From contig CBDCDA010000001.1 in assembly GCA_965215335.1 (NCBI GenBank), forward strand, positions 1,184,001 to 1,248,000: a stretch of DNA of 64,000 nucleotides, written 5' to 3'. Numbering within the stretch: position 1 is the first letter of the stretch; every line of letters begins with the position of its first letter. The DNA is from an uncultured Candidatus Entotheonella sp. Lineage in GTDB: Bacteria; Tectomicrobia; Entotheonellia; Entotheonellales; Entotheonellaceae. Positions 54,671 through 64,000 of the stretch are shown in pieces. Below the pieces are notes generated by a model that had not been told where the DNA came from, made no database searches, and worked only from the letters and a program-made list of their open reading frames with translations. The position numbers were made by a program, and so were the translations under genes.

Positions 54671-56263
54671 ATGAAGCCCACCGAGCCTGGCTCGAACCCC
54701 CAACCGCCGGTGGCGAAGCGCAAGCTGCCGATCGGCATCCAGACCTTCCGCCAGATCCGTGCGGAAGGCTACTACTACGTCGACAAGACCGGCTACATCC
54801 GGCGCCTGGTGGAGGGCGGCAAGCACTACTTCCTGTCGCGTCCCCGGCGCTTCGGCAAGAGCCTGCTGCTGGACACCATCAAGGAGCTGTTCGAGGGCAG
54901 CGCGGAGCTGTTCCGGGGACTCGCCGCCGAAGACCACCGGGCCTTGTCGGCCGGCCACCCCGTCGTGCGCCTGAGCTTCGGCGGCGGCGACTTTACCCGG
55001 CCCGAAAACCTGCACCGGAACACGATGGCGCAACTCGGCACGCTCGAACGCCGGGCGTCCGTGACCGGGGAGCACGACGGCGCGCCCGAGCGTTTCGCCC
55101 ATCTGGTCCAGACGCTGCGCGAGGGCGCGGGGCGGCGCGTCGTGGTGCTGGTGGACGAATACGACAAGCCCGTCCTGGATGCGCTGGAGAAGCCGGAGGT
55201 GGCCCGCGCCAACCGCGACTACCTGCGCGGCCTGTACGGGACCATCAAGGACTGCGACGCCGACGTCGAGTTCACGCTGCTCACGGGGGTGAGCAAGTTT
55301 TCCAAGGTCAATCTGTTTTCGGGCCTCAACAACCTCATCGACATCACCCTGGACCCGCGCTACTCCGCCATCTGCGGGTACACCGAGGCGGACCTGGAGA
55401 CGGTGTTCGCGCCCGAACTGCCGGGGTTGGACCGGGACGCCATCCGCGACTGGTACGACGGCTACAACTGGCGGGGAGACGAGCGGGTCTACAACCCCTT
55501 CGACGTGCTGCTGCTGTTCGACACGCGCGAGTTCAAGGCGCACTGGTTCGAGACCGGCACGCCGGCGTTCCTGATCGACACGCTACTGTCGCGCGGGTTC
55601 GGTGCTCCGCCGCTGGACGGCGTGGTCGCAAGCGACGCGATGCTGTCGGCCTTCGACGTGGATGACAGCGCCGCCGAAGCGCTGCTGTTCCAGACCGGCT
55701 ACCTGACCATTCGCGGCACGGAGTACCACCGCGGCAGGACGCAATACCGGCTGGGCTACCCGAACCGTGAGGCGCGACAAAGCCTGAACGAAAGCCTGCT
55801 GGACCGCTTGACGGGCGACCGGGCGCGTCGGGAGCGGCGCAGCGACGATCTGTACGACCTGTTGCTAGCCAACGACTTCGAGGGCATGGGGACGCTGTTC
55901 CGGTCGTTCTTCGCTGGCATCCCCTACCAGTGGCGCGTGCGGAGCCCCATTGCGGACTACGAGGGCTACTATGCCAGCGTGTTCCACGCCCACTTCCTGG
56001 CGCTGGGGACGGAGCTTGAAGTCACGGTGGAGGACAGCGGCAGCCGCGGTCGCGTGGACATGGCCGTCCGCTTCAACGGCAACGTCTACCTGTTCGAGTT
56101 CAAGGTGGTGGAGAAGGACGCCACGGGAGCGGCCATGTCGCAGTTGAAGACCAGGGGCTACGCCGACAAGTACCGTCACCTGGGCTGGCCGATCCACCTG
56201 ATCGGCGTGGAGTTCAGCAAGGAGACGCGCAACGTCGTGGCCTTCGACACGGAGCGGGTCTGA
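54671..56263 (+). CDS. AAA-ATPase-like + PD-(D/E)XK nuclease protein, copy 2
   Basis: Same motifs as copy 1; true start near 54671 by alignment with copy 1. Confidence 0.92.
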   Translation: MKPTEPGSNPQPPVAKRKLPIGIQTFRQIRAEGYYYVDKTGYIRRLVEGGKHYFLSRPRRFGKSLLLDTIKELFEGSAELFRGLAAEDHRALSAGHPVVRLSFGGGDFTRPENLHRNTMAQLGTLERRASVTGEHDGAPERFAHLVQTLREGAGRRVVVLVDEYDKPVLDALEKPEVARANRDYLRGLYGTIKDCDADVEFTLLTGVSKFSKVNLFSGLNNLIDITLDPRYSAICGYTEADLETVFAPELPGLDRDAIRDWYDGYNWRGDERVYNPFDVLLLFDTREFKAHWFETGTPAFLIDTLLSRGFGAPPLDGVVASDAMLSAFDVDDSAAEALLFQTGYLTIRGTEYHRGRTQYRLGYPNREARQSLNESLLDRLTGDRARRERRSDDLYDLLLANDFEGMGTLFRSFFAGIPYQWRVRSPIADYEGYYASVFHAHFLALGTELEVTVEDSGSRGRVDMAVRFNGNVYLFEFKVVEKDATGAAMSQLKTRGYADKYRHLGWPIHLIGVEFSKETRNVVAFDTERV

Positions 56264-57083
56264 ATAAATGGCGCGGCAGGAGCGGCCTGGGCCAGAACGA
56301 TGTTCGCCCTGACCATCTTGCTGGTCATTACCTCGTGTGCAATCTCAATACTGCGGCAGAGTTACTCGCTGGGCAGGAAAGATAGATGCACGCCAACTTC
56401 GGCGTGCTGGGCGTTCTGCTGGGGATGCTCCTGCTGGGTGTCCTGTACCGCGGGCGACGTACCAGCTTTTCTTCCACGCCGGCGCCTCGGTGATAGCCAT
56501 GGCCGCGAGCGCCCATATCCTGACGGTTCTGGTCGTGAATATGGAGAGCAAGGTCTCGGTCGCGTTGGGTTTTATCCTCTGGTACTATGGATTCGACGGC
56601 ATTCGTCGGGCGGTGCTCAAGGCGCCAAGGACGGTTGGCGAGCTTGAGCGATTGCTGCGTCTGATATGCCAGGCGGTCACGTCGCCCAAAACGTTACGCC
56701 CGCCGCTCTACCCCATGTAATTTTGTCGTGAGCTGGTAAAGGGAGAAGAGGGGGCAACTGACATGCCTGGCAAGGAGAAGGTCATGGCCGCATTCCGCCA
56801 GCACCAGCTCCTGATGGAACGAGCGGAACTCCGGGTAATGGTCTTCAGCTTGCGCGAGATGCCCTTTCGAGTGCCTTTTCGAGTGCCTTAAGGAACATGT
56901 CCACCAGTACGGCAACAGGCAGGTCGGGGACACGTATCTTCTTGCGGCTTTTACAAACGGCCGGATCGCGTATTACCGGGTCGACGTCGATCCGAATCTT
57001 AACGCCCAAAGGTCGTCACTTGCGAGGGGCTGCCACAAGCAGACACATCTTCACAACAATCCTCTGCTAGCAGGAGCCATACC

Positions 57084-58733
57084 ATGACCGAAATCAGCGG
57101 CGGGCATCTGGTTGCCCGCGCCCTGAAGGCCGAGGGGGTGGAGGCCATCTTCACCCTGTGCGGCGGCCATATCATCGACATCTACGACGGCTGCCTGGAT
57201 GAGGGTATCCGCATCATCGACGTGCGGCACGAGCAAGCCGCGGCGCACGCCGCGGACGCCTGGACGCGCGTCACCGGCAAGCCGGGGGTGGCGGTGGTGA
57301 CCGCCGGGCCGGGAACGACGGATACGGTGACGGGCGTGGCCAACGCCTTTCGCGCCCAGACGCCGATGCTGGTCATCGGCGGCCAAGGCGCCTTCACGCA
57401 GATGCACATGGGGTCGCTGCAGGAGCTCGATCACGTCTCCATCATGAAGCCCATCACCAAGTTCGCTTCTACGGTGCCGCACACCGAGCGCATTCCCGAA
57501 TTGATGAGCATGGCCTTCCGGGAAGCCTTCAACGGCCGTCCGGGGCCGGTTTTTCTGGAAATGCCGCGTGACATCCTCGACGCCAAGGTCGACGCCGATC
57601 GCGTACGCATGCCCAGCAACTACCGCTCCGCCTACAAGGTGCACGGCGACCCCGACGCCATCGCCCTGGCCGCCGACTGGTTCCGGCAGGCCGAGCGCCC
57701 GGCGGTGCTGGCCGGCAGCCAGGTGCAGTTCTGCCGCGGCGCCGCGGCGCTGGCGAAGCTCGCCGAGCAGGCGCGGCTGCCGATTTACGTCAATGGCGCG
57801 GCGCGCGGCGCCCTGCCGCCGACCCACCCCAACCTCTTCGTCACCTCGCGCCGCCGCGCCCTCAAGGAAGCCGACGTCATCATGATCATCGGCACACCCT
57901 TCGACTTCCGTCTCGGCTACGGCCAGCGTCTCAACCCGGACGCCAAGGTCATCCAGGTCGATCTGGACTACGGCGAGCTGGGCCACAACCGCGACGTGGC
58001 GCTGGGCATCTGCGGCGACGCCGCGGCGGTGATTACGCAGCTGACCGACGCCACCGCGCCGGGGCACAGCAACTCGGACAACTGGCTGCGCGCCCTGCGC
58101 GAGGATGAGGACAAGCGCGCCAGCCAGGCGGCCCTCGGTCTCAATTCCGACCAGGTGCCGATCCACCCGCTGCGGCTGTGCAAGGAGATCAACGACTTCC
58201 TCAGCGAGGACACCGTGTTCATCGGCGACGGCGGCGACATCGTCACCATGTCGGCGTCGGTGATCCGCACCCACAAGCCGGGGCACTGGCTCGATCCCGG
58301 CCCGCTCGGCACCCTGGGTGTCGGCGCGCCGTTCGCCATCGCCGCCAAGGCCGCCATGCCGGAGAAGGACGTCTTCATACTGTTCGGCGACGGCGCCTTC
58401 GGGCTTACCGGCTTCGACATCGACACCGCGGTGCGCTTCGACCTGCCGTTCGTCAGCGTCGTGGGCAACAACGCCGGCTGGAACCAGATCCGCTACGGGC
58501 AGCTCACCAAGTACGGCGACCGGAAGGGCGACGTGGCCAACAAATTGTCCGCCACGCGCTACGACGTCATCGTCGAGGCCATGGGCGGCTACGGCGAGTA
58601 CGTCACCGAGCCCGGCGACATCCGCCCGGCCATGGAGCGGGCGCGCGTCTCGGGCAAGCCGTCGTGCGTCAACGTCATCCTCGACCCGGACATCTACAGC
58701 AGCGGCACGATGAACCAGACCATGTACAAGTAG
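57084..58733 (+). CDS. ThDP-dependent enzyme (acetolactate synthase-like / 2-hydroxyacyl-CoA lyase branch)
   Basis: TLCGGHI, RHEQAA, TAGPG, DGGD, GPLGTLGVG, GDGAFG...NN. Confidence 0.9.
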   Translation: MTEISGGHLVARALKAEGVEAIFTLCGGHIIDIYDGCLDEGIRIIDVRHEQAAAHAADAWTRVTGKPGVAVVTAGPGTTDTVTGVANAFRAQTPMLVIGGQGAFTQMHMGSLQELDHVSIMKPITKFASTVPHTERIPELMSMAFREAFNGRPGPVFLEMPRDILDAKVDADRVRMPSNYRSAYKVHGDPDAIALAADWFRQAERPAVLAGSQVQFCRGAAALAKLAEQARLPIYVNGAARGALPPTHPNLFVTSRRRALKEADVIMIIGTPFDFRLGYGQRLNPDAKVIQVDLDYGELGHNRDVALGICGDAAAVITQLTDATAPGHSNSDNWLRALREDEDKRASQAALGLNSDQVPIHPLRLCKEINDFLSEDTVFIGDGGDIVTMSASVIRTHKPGHWLDPGPLGTLGVGAPFAIAAKAAMPEKDVFILFGDGAFGLTGFDIDTAVRFDLPFVSVVGNNAGWNQIRYGQLTKYGDRKGDVANKLSATRYDVIVEAMGGYGEYVTEPGDIRPAMERARVSGKPSCVNVILDPDIYSSGTMNQTMYK

Positions 58734-58753
58734 AACGGGGAGGGAAGCCAGGC

Positions 58754-59821
58754 ATGGTAGAACCCGTCGAAGGACGCAGCCATGAGGTGGACGATGGCGT
58801 CGACGCCATCGAGTACTACTTCGAGCGTGGCGTCACTGACGGGCTGCCGGTGGTGCCGCCCACCGAAGGGCGGGTGGCGCGCATGCTGGCCGTCACGGCA
58901 CGGCCGGCCGACGAGGTGGTTGCGCTGGTGCCGCCGAACTACGGCGCCGCCACGATCGAGAAGATCACCGTCAACGCGGTGATGGCGGGCTGCAAGCCGG
59001 ACTACCTGCCGGTCGTCGTGGCCGGCGTGCAGGCTATGTGTGCGGAGCAGGTCAGCCTGCACGGGGTGCAGGGCACGACGCACACCGCGACGCCACTATT
59101 CATCGTCAACGGACCGGTGCGGCAGCAACTCGACATCAACTGCGCCACCGGCGTCTTCGGCTCCGGCTGGCGCGCCAACGCCACGATTGGCCGCGCCCTG
59201 CGGCTGATCATGACCAACGTCGGCGGCGCCCGCCCTGGCGAGATCGACAAGTCGGCCATGGGGCACCCCGGGAAGTACACCTTCCTTATCGGCGAGTACG
59301 AGGAGGCCAGCCCTTGGGAACCGCTGCACGTCGAACAGGGCTACCGGCCCGAGCAGAGCACTGTCAGCGTCTATTGCTGCGACGCCCCGCAATGCGTCAG
59401 CAACCATGGCAGCCGCACCGCTCGGGGCATTCTGACCACCATCGGCGCCAGCATGGCGGTGGGCTGGCACAACAAGGCGTATCTCAATGACAACTGCCTG
59501 GTGGTCATCGGGCCTGAGCACGCCAAGAGCATCGGGGCGAGCGGCTTGAGCAAGCAGGCCGTCAAGCGCTTCCTGTACGAGCACGTGCGGCGGCCGCTGG
59601 GCGAGCTGCTGCCCGGCCCGGATGGCGCCGAGGGCGTGGCGCGCCAGCGGGTGCCAGAGGGGCTGGACGCGCAGGACGACGCGACGTTGATTCCCAAGAT
59701 CACGTCGCCGGACGGCATCACGGTCGTGGTCGCCGGCGGTACCGCCGGACGATTTTCGCTTCACCTGTCGGGCTGGGGCGCCGGCAGTCGCCTGGCCACG
59801 GCGCCGGTCGAGCTCGACTGA
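58754..59821 (+). CDS. Conserved protein typically linked to UGSC (seleno)proteins
   Basis: GVTDGLPVVPPT, INAVMAGC-type motif, RANATIGRA, PWEPLH, VVAGG; ATG 58754 follows GGAGG. Confidence 0.8.
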   Translation: MVEPVEGRSHEVDDGVDAIEYYFERGVTDGLPVVPPTEGRVARMLAVTARPADEVVALVPPNYGAATIEKITVNAVMAGCKPDYLPVVVAGVQAMCAEQVSLHGVQGTTHTATPLFIVNGPVRQQLDINCATGVFGSGWRANATIGRALRLIMTNVGGARPGEIDKSAMGHPGKYTFLIGEYEEASPWEPLHVEQGYRPEQSTVSVYCCDAPQCVSNHGSRTARGILTTIGASMAVGWHNKAYLNDNCLVVIGPEHAKSIGASGLSKQAVKRFLYEHVRRPLGELLPGPDGAEGVARQRVPEGLDAQDDATLIPKITSPDGITVVVAGGTAGRFSLHLSGWGAGSRLATAPVELD

Positions 59822-59845
59822 GAGCGTGGTTGTCAATTATCCTGC

Positions 59846-60625
59846 TTGCGCTTGAGGCGGCCTCAGACGTTTGGGCATTTGATCCTCTTTGCCGTGCGAC
59901 ACCCGATCCCAACATTCCATGTCGCGCTGCTGGGTCTTGTGTCACTCCCTTTTGCCCGTCGCTTCGCGGCGCTCGTGGTGTTCGTCGCAGTGGGATCACT
60001 CTATGCCTTCAGCATCTGGCCTGTAGCCTCCGTATTGGAGTGGGGCCTGTACGAGCACCCGGCCTTGTCGCCGCAGACTGATCTGTCGGCAGCAGGGATG
60101 ATCGCGGTGTTGGGCACGGGAAACCACGATAATCTGCTCGACTACGAAGGCCGCATCACGGCGGGTGGCCCAATGCTGGAGCGCCTGCGTCATGCGGCGT
60201 CTTTGCACCGGCGCACCAGACTGCCTCTGCTCGTGACGGGCGGTACCACGCGGCCCGGTAGCCCGGCCGAAGCGGAACTGATGGTACGCTCGCTCAAGAA
60301 CGATTTCGGCATCGGCGTACGTTTCGTGGAAAGTCGTTCTCGAAACACCGCCGAGAATGCCATCTACAGCGCGGCACTGCTTGCCGAGGTGGGGGTCACG
60401 CGTATCGTGCTGGTGACGCACGCGATCCACATGTTCCGCGCGGTGGACGCTTTCGAACGTCAGGGGCTCAAGGTGGTGCCGGCGCCGGTCGTGAGCCGAG
60501 TCGCTACGGACGATAATGTCCCGCTCGACATCTTCGCTTTCCTGCCTAGTGCGGGCGCCCTCTCAGGGTCCGCTTCCGCCGTCCACGAATATGTCGGCCG
60601 CTTATGGTATCGGATGCGCTACTGA
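59846..60625 (+). CDS. YdcF/DUF218 (ElyC-like) protein
   Basis: LVTGG, EAELM, ESRSRNTAENA, LVTHAIHMFRA, HEYVG. Confidence 0.88.
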   Translation: MRLRRPQTFGHLILFAVRHPIPTFHVALLGLVSLPFARRFAALVVFVAVGSLYAFSIWPVASVLEWGLYEHPALSPQTDLSAAGMIAVLGTGNHDNLLDYEGRITAGGPMLERLRHAASLHRRTRLPLLVTGGTTRPGSPAEAELMVRSLKNDFGIGVRFVESRSRNTAENAIYSAALLAEVGVTRIVLVTHAIHMFRAVDAFERQGLKVVPAPVVSRVATDDNVPLDIFAFLPSAGALSGSASAVHEYVGRLWYRMRY

Positions 60626-60707
60626 GAAGCGATGTTTGAATAGCCTCCACGGCTCATGGGTGAGAGTTGAACATCGGTCCTGACGACAACAGACACAGGA
60701 GGGAGTC

Positions 60708-61232
60708 ATGATGAGGTTGTACGATCCAACCGCAACGCCGGTAGCCGACGCCGCGAGTCTGGCGGCACGGCTGCCGCACCTGCATGGCAAGGTGATCGGC
60801 CTGCTGGACATCAGCAAGGCGCAGGGCAATCACTTCCTGGACCGCGTCGAGGAATGGCTGCACGGCATACACCAGCCCAAGGCCGTCCTGCGACGCATGA
60901 AACCCACCTTTGCCCGACCGGCGCCGGAGGACATGCGCAAGGAACTCGAACAGCAGTGCGATCTGATCATCGAAGCGCTGGCGGATTGAGGCTCGTGCAC
61001 AACGTGCAGTGTGCACGACGGCGTTTACTTTGAAAAAGCCGGCATTCCCGCTGCGGTTTGTGCCACCACCGAGTTCGCCAACGCCGCCCGCGCCCAAGCC
61101 GACGCGCTGGGCCTGTCGGCGTTCAACGTGATTCTCGTCGAGCATCCCATCCAACCCCTGACCCGCGACGAGGTGCGCCAACGCGCCGAGACGGTGTTCG
61201 ACCGCGTGGTCCAAAAGCTGACGGTGGGTTAA
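60708..61232 (+). CDS. UGSC-family selenoprotein (in-frame UGA 60987-60989 read as Sec)
   Basis: The two ORF-track ORFs are one frame: ...IIEALAD-TGA-GSCTTCSVHDGVYFEKAGIP...; 174 aa in total. Confidence 0.88.
60993..61018 (+). promoter_or_regulatory. Candidate SECIS hairpin
   Basis: Perfect 9-bp stem tcgtgcaca/tgtgcacga with loop acgtgcag, starting 3 nt after the UGA. Confidence 0.5.
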
Positions 61233-61326
61233 AGAGCACTGGGATGAAACAACTTCGGCGCGAGTTATTCGAAAGCCTGATTCCCATTCTCTCGAACAAC
61301 GGCAGTGTCAATAGGACTTACACCGA

Positions 61327-61662
61327 TCACCCACCGCCGCGCTGGAAGGCGCGGTCGAAGCAGGCCATGAATCGGTTGATGTCCTGTGAGGAATAACCCG
61401 AGAAGGTGAAGTGGACCTGGGTGGTCGGCAGGGACAGCGCCCCGAGGCGGCGACGGCTTTCGGGCGACAGCCTGATCTCGAGACACCGGTTTGTTCCCCG
61501 CTTCCCGCCTTCGCTCTCAAATGGGAAGGGAGCGCTGACAATCACCTCGGAGCCCTGAACGGTATAGGGCGACGTCGCCAGGGCGGCGAGCAGGGTGCGG
61601 AAGAACTCGCTGTGGGTGATGCCCATGTCGCGGCAAAAGCGGACGACGGCGGGGCTTGGCAC
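61327..61662 (-). CDS. Small hypothetical protein at the end of the AOR operon
   Basis: 111 aa, 4 bp after the MoaD-like gene; ends FQRGGG. Confidence 0.7.
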   Translation of the reverse strand: MPSPAVVRFCRDMGITHSEFFRTLLAALATSPYTVQGSEVIVSAPFPFESEGGKRGTNRCLEIRLSPESRRRLGALSLPTTQVHFTFSGYSSQDINRFMACFDRAFQRGGG

Positions 61663-61666
61663 ATGG

Positions 61667-61960
61667 TTATCCGCCGGCGATGGGCGGCCAGACGGCCAGC
61701 ACGTCGCCGTTGTTCAGCACGGCGCGGTCGCGGTCACCGGGGGTGAGGTACACGCCGTTGTGCAAAATCAGGTGGGCCATGGCACGGGGTACGCGGTACC
61801 GGTCGATAACCTGGTGCGGCGTGATGTCGAGCGGCACCTCGGTCACCACGCCGGTCCAGGGGGTATCAGGGGGTAAGAAGTCACGCAGCGAGGCGTACAA
61901 CTTCAGGGAAATCTTTATATGCGGGCAAAGATGCCCGCGTTCCCGGGTCTGGGGTTTCAT
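61667..61960 (-). CDS. MoaD/ThiS-family sulfur carrier
   Basis: LKLYASL...GDVLAVWPPIAGG (C-terminal GG); ATGA overlap with the upstream gene. Confidence 0.88.
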   Translation of the reverse strand: MKPQTRERGHLCPHIKISLKLYASLRDFLPPDTPWTGVVTEVPLDITPHQVIDRYRVPRAMAHLILHNGVYLTPGDRDRAVLNNGDVLAVWPPIAGG

Positions 61961-63216
61961 AGAACGCCCGCATTGTGCCCGATCGCCAGGGTGTTGGCCA
62001 AGTAAGCCTCCATGATTCGGGTGGGGTCCTGCACCAGCTTCTGCTTCCACTCGCGCAGCCGCACCCGCGTTTGAATGAGTCCCCTGATCACACCGACGTG
62101 CTCGGTGAGGCCCAGGCTGCTGGCGCCGACCAGACGGTCGTCCGCAAACTGCAAGTTCAGGTAGCGAAAGCGCTCGGCGTCCAGGATCTCCGTCGAGTCC
62201 CCGCCTTCAACCCCCATCCAGGCGCCGAAGGAGCTGGAAATCAGCCCCATGGTTTCCAGCACGTTCATGTTCAGGTTGCCGCGGTGCGTCTGCGCGCGGC
62301 CGGCCATGTTGCTGGCGGCGATGCGCCCGTGGTCGGCGGCGGTCGGCTGAATGGCCTGCACCGTGTACTGCCCGGTTGAAAAATCCAGCCCCTGCGCCAC
62401 GTCACCGGCGGCGTACACGTCGGCGACGCTGGTCGCCAGCTGCGTATCCACCAGCACGCCGTAATCGGTGCGGATGCCGGAGCCTTCCAGGAAGTCGATG
62501 TCGGGCCGCACGCCCGTTGCCGCGATGACCAGGTCGGCGGCCAGGGTGTTGCCGTTGCTGAGCCTGACCGCCAGCGGCTGACCGGACTCGATGGCCTCCA
62601 CCTGTGTGGCGGTGAGCACCTGCACGCCCTTGTTCTCGCACCACGTCTTGATGAGGCCGCCGGCCGCGGCGTTCATCATGCGCGGCACCATGCGATCTTC
62701 CATTTCAACCACCGTCAGATCGGTGCCGCGCGTCGCCAGCGCCTCCAGGATAATGCTGCCGATGAACCCGGCGCCCATGAGCACCACCCTGGCGCCCGCC
62801 TGGGCGCGCTGCATGATGTCACGGGCGTCCAGCAGCGTCCAGCAGGCGTGCACGCCGGGGGCGTCGATGCCGGGCACCGGCGGCGACACCGGGCGCGAGC
62901 CCGTGGCGATCAGCAGCTTGTCGTACGACACCTCGGCGCCGCTTTGTAGGGAGAGGCTCTTGCGCTCCGGCTGTACGCGCGTCACGCGGTCCTGACGCAC
63001 CTCAATGCCGTGATCGGCGTAGTGCCCGTCGTTCTTGCGCAAATGGGTTCCCGAGGCGTCGATCTGGTCGATCAGGAGATAGGGGATGGCCATACGCGAG
63101 TAGGGCGCCTCGGACTCGTCCCCGATGAGGGTGACCCGAGACTCGGCGTCCAGCTTGCGCAGCGTTTCGGCGGCCACGACCCCGGTGGGTCCGGCACCGA
63201 TGATGATGTGATGCAT
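61957..63216 (-). CDS. NAD(P)/FAD-dependent oxidoreductase (AorC-like)
   Basis: IIGAGPTG, LLIATGS, GAGFIG, YAAGDVA. Confidence 0.9.
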   Translation of the reverse strand: MHHIIIGAGPTGVVAAETLRKLDAESRVTLIGDESEAPYSRMAIPYLLIDQIDASGTHLRKNDGHYADHGIEVRQDRVTRVQPERKSLSLQSGAEVSYDKLLIATGSRPVSPPVPGIDAPGVHACWTLLDARDIMQRAQAGARVVLMGAGFIGSIILEALATRGTDLTVVEMEDRMVPRMMNAAAGGLIKTWCENKGVQVLTATQVEAIESGQPLAVRLSNGNTLAADLVIAATGVRPDIDFLEGSGIRTDYGVLVDTQLATSVADVYAAGDVAQGLDFSTGQYTVQAIQPTAADHGRIAASNMAGRAQTHRGNLNMNVLETMGLISSSFGAWMGVEGGDSTEILDAERFRYLNLQFADDRLVGASSLGLTEHVGVIRGLIQTRVRLREWKQKLVQDPTRIMEAYLANTLAIGHNAGVL

Positions 63217-63280
63217 GTGACGTTCCTCCTGGAAGCGCGGGCCGGAATTCCCCCTCCCCCGCCGGGGTGATTTCCTTCAT

Positions 63281-63312
63281 CCCCCTCCCTCTGGGAGGGG
63301 GTCAAGGGAGGG
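63281..63312. repeat. REP-like intergenic palindrome
   Basis: ccccctccc-tct-gggaggggg followed by tcaagggaggg. Confidence 0.5.
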
Positions 63313-63320
63313 CCATCGTC

Positions 63321-64000
63321 TCAGACCCTCAAGCGGCGGCGTGTCTCGTCGCTCAGTTCGCCATTCTCCGTCCAGCCGCGAATTTCGTAGTAGCGCGGCA
63401 GCATCTGCTGGAGATCGTTCACCTTGCCCTCTGCCGGGCCGGTATTGGCGCCCTCCTCCAGGAGGCGGTGCGGCAGGGTGTCGTCGGCGCGGGTGAGGCC
63501 GGCCTTGAGGTTGAAGTCACGCTCCAGATTCCAGACGCGCTCGCCAACCTCCAGCAGCTTCTCCGCCGACCAGTCGCCCTCGCAGGCGGCGTCCACCTGC
63601 GGCGCGATGTCCTCCATGCCCCAGGCGAAGGTGGTGAAGACGCACAGGCCGGAGGAATCCACCGCCGCGGTGGCGTCCTGGAATGCCTTGACGAGATCCG
63701 CCTTGCCTTCCGTCACCAGCGGATCGGTCTTCTCGGGAATGCCCAGGATTTCCGACGCCACGGTGTAGCCGCGCAGGTGGCAGGCGCCGCGGTTGGCGGT
63801 GGCGTAGGCCAGGCCCATGCCCTGGATGCCGCGCGGATCGTAGGCCGGGAACTCCTGCCCCTTGACCGTCATCGACAATTCCGGGTGGCCGTACTTCTCG
63901 CACAGGCGGAGCGAGCCGAGCCCGAGAATCTTGCCGAACCCTTCGCCGCGGGCGGTCAGCTCGGCCGCCCTGGCGAGCGCCTCGGCGAAGCCAAAGCGCA
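63321..64000 (-). CDS. aor: Tungsten aldehyde:ferredoxin oxidoreductase, C-terminal part (5' end outside the window)
   Basis: VKGQEFPAYDPRG, NRGACHL, DSSGLCVF, ERVWNLER, YYEIRGW; frame open to the window edge. Confidence 0.93.
   Translation of the reverse strand, partial: RFGFAEALARAAELTARGEGFGKILGLGSLRLCEKYGHPELSMTVKGQEFPAYDPRGIQGMGLAYATANRGACHLRGYTVASEILGIPEKTDPLVTEGKADLVKAFQDATAAVDSSGLCVFTTFAWGMEDIAPQVDAACEGDWSAEKLLEVGERVWNLERDFNLKAGLTRADDTLPHRLLEEGANTGPAEGKVNDLQQMLPRYYEIRGWTENGELSDETRRRLRV

Noticed and set aside
46981..56263. Composite transposon formed by the two AAA-nuclease genes
   Set aside because: No transposase motifs, terminal inverted repeats or target duplication were seen.
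58178..58753. N-terminal extension of the UGSC partner
   Set aside because: Out-of-frame overlap with the ThDP enzyme; the RBS supports ATG 58754.

Overview
High-GC bacterial window. The gene content resembles Tectomicrobia/Entotheonella-like or other uncultured sponge or marine symbionts, but that is inference only. Left end (1-9.6 kb): a decaying defence/TA island with a secreted PG-binding + FGE-sulfatase gene cut by the window edge, a RelE/HigB-XRE TA pair, an XRE-ImmA/IrrE + PIN pair broken by an IS701-family element, and a Type III R-M system. Next come a flavin-dependent halogenase + luciferase-like monooxygenase pair and housekeeping/catabolic genes (gpmI, quinone oxidoreductase, acyl-CoA synthetase, pyrC). 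The centre (about 23.4-45.7 kb) is the main find: a candidate lanthanide/PQQ island. It holds an atypical PQQ dehydrogenase (D-Y-D motif, no vicinal Cys-Cys), cytochrome c, a lanpepsy-like double-PepSY protein, MxaS/L/K/C-like VWA/TPR genes, LutA/LutB-like periplasmic proteins and a cytochrome c-XoxJ/MxaJ-like fusion. It also holds a Znu-type ABC system whose permease is fused, through an apparent internal signal peptide, to an Asp-loop outer-membrane beta-barrel. At right are a glycosyltransferase/sulfotransferase cassette bracketed by two AAA-PD-(D/E)XK paralogues, a ThDP enzyme, a UGSC selenoprotein split in the ORF track by an in-frame UGA, and the 3' end of a tungsten AOR operon. No rRNA, tRNA or CRISPR array was recognised. 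All family calls come from motif recognition by eye; no database search was run.
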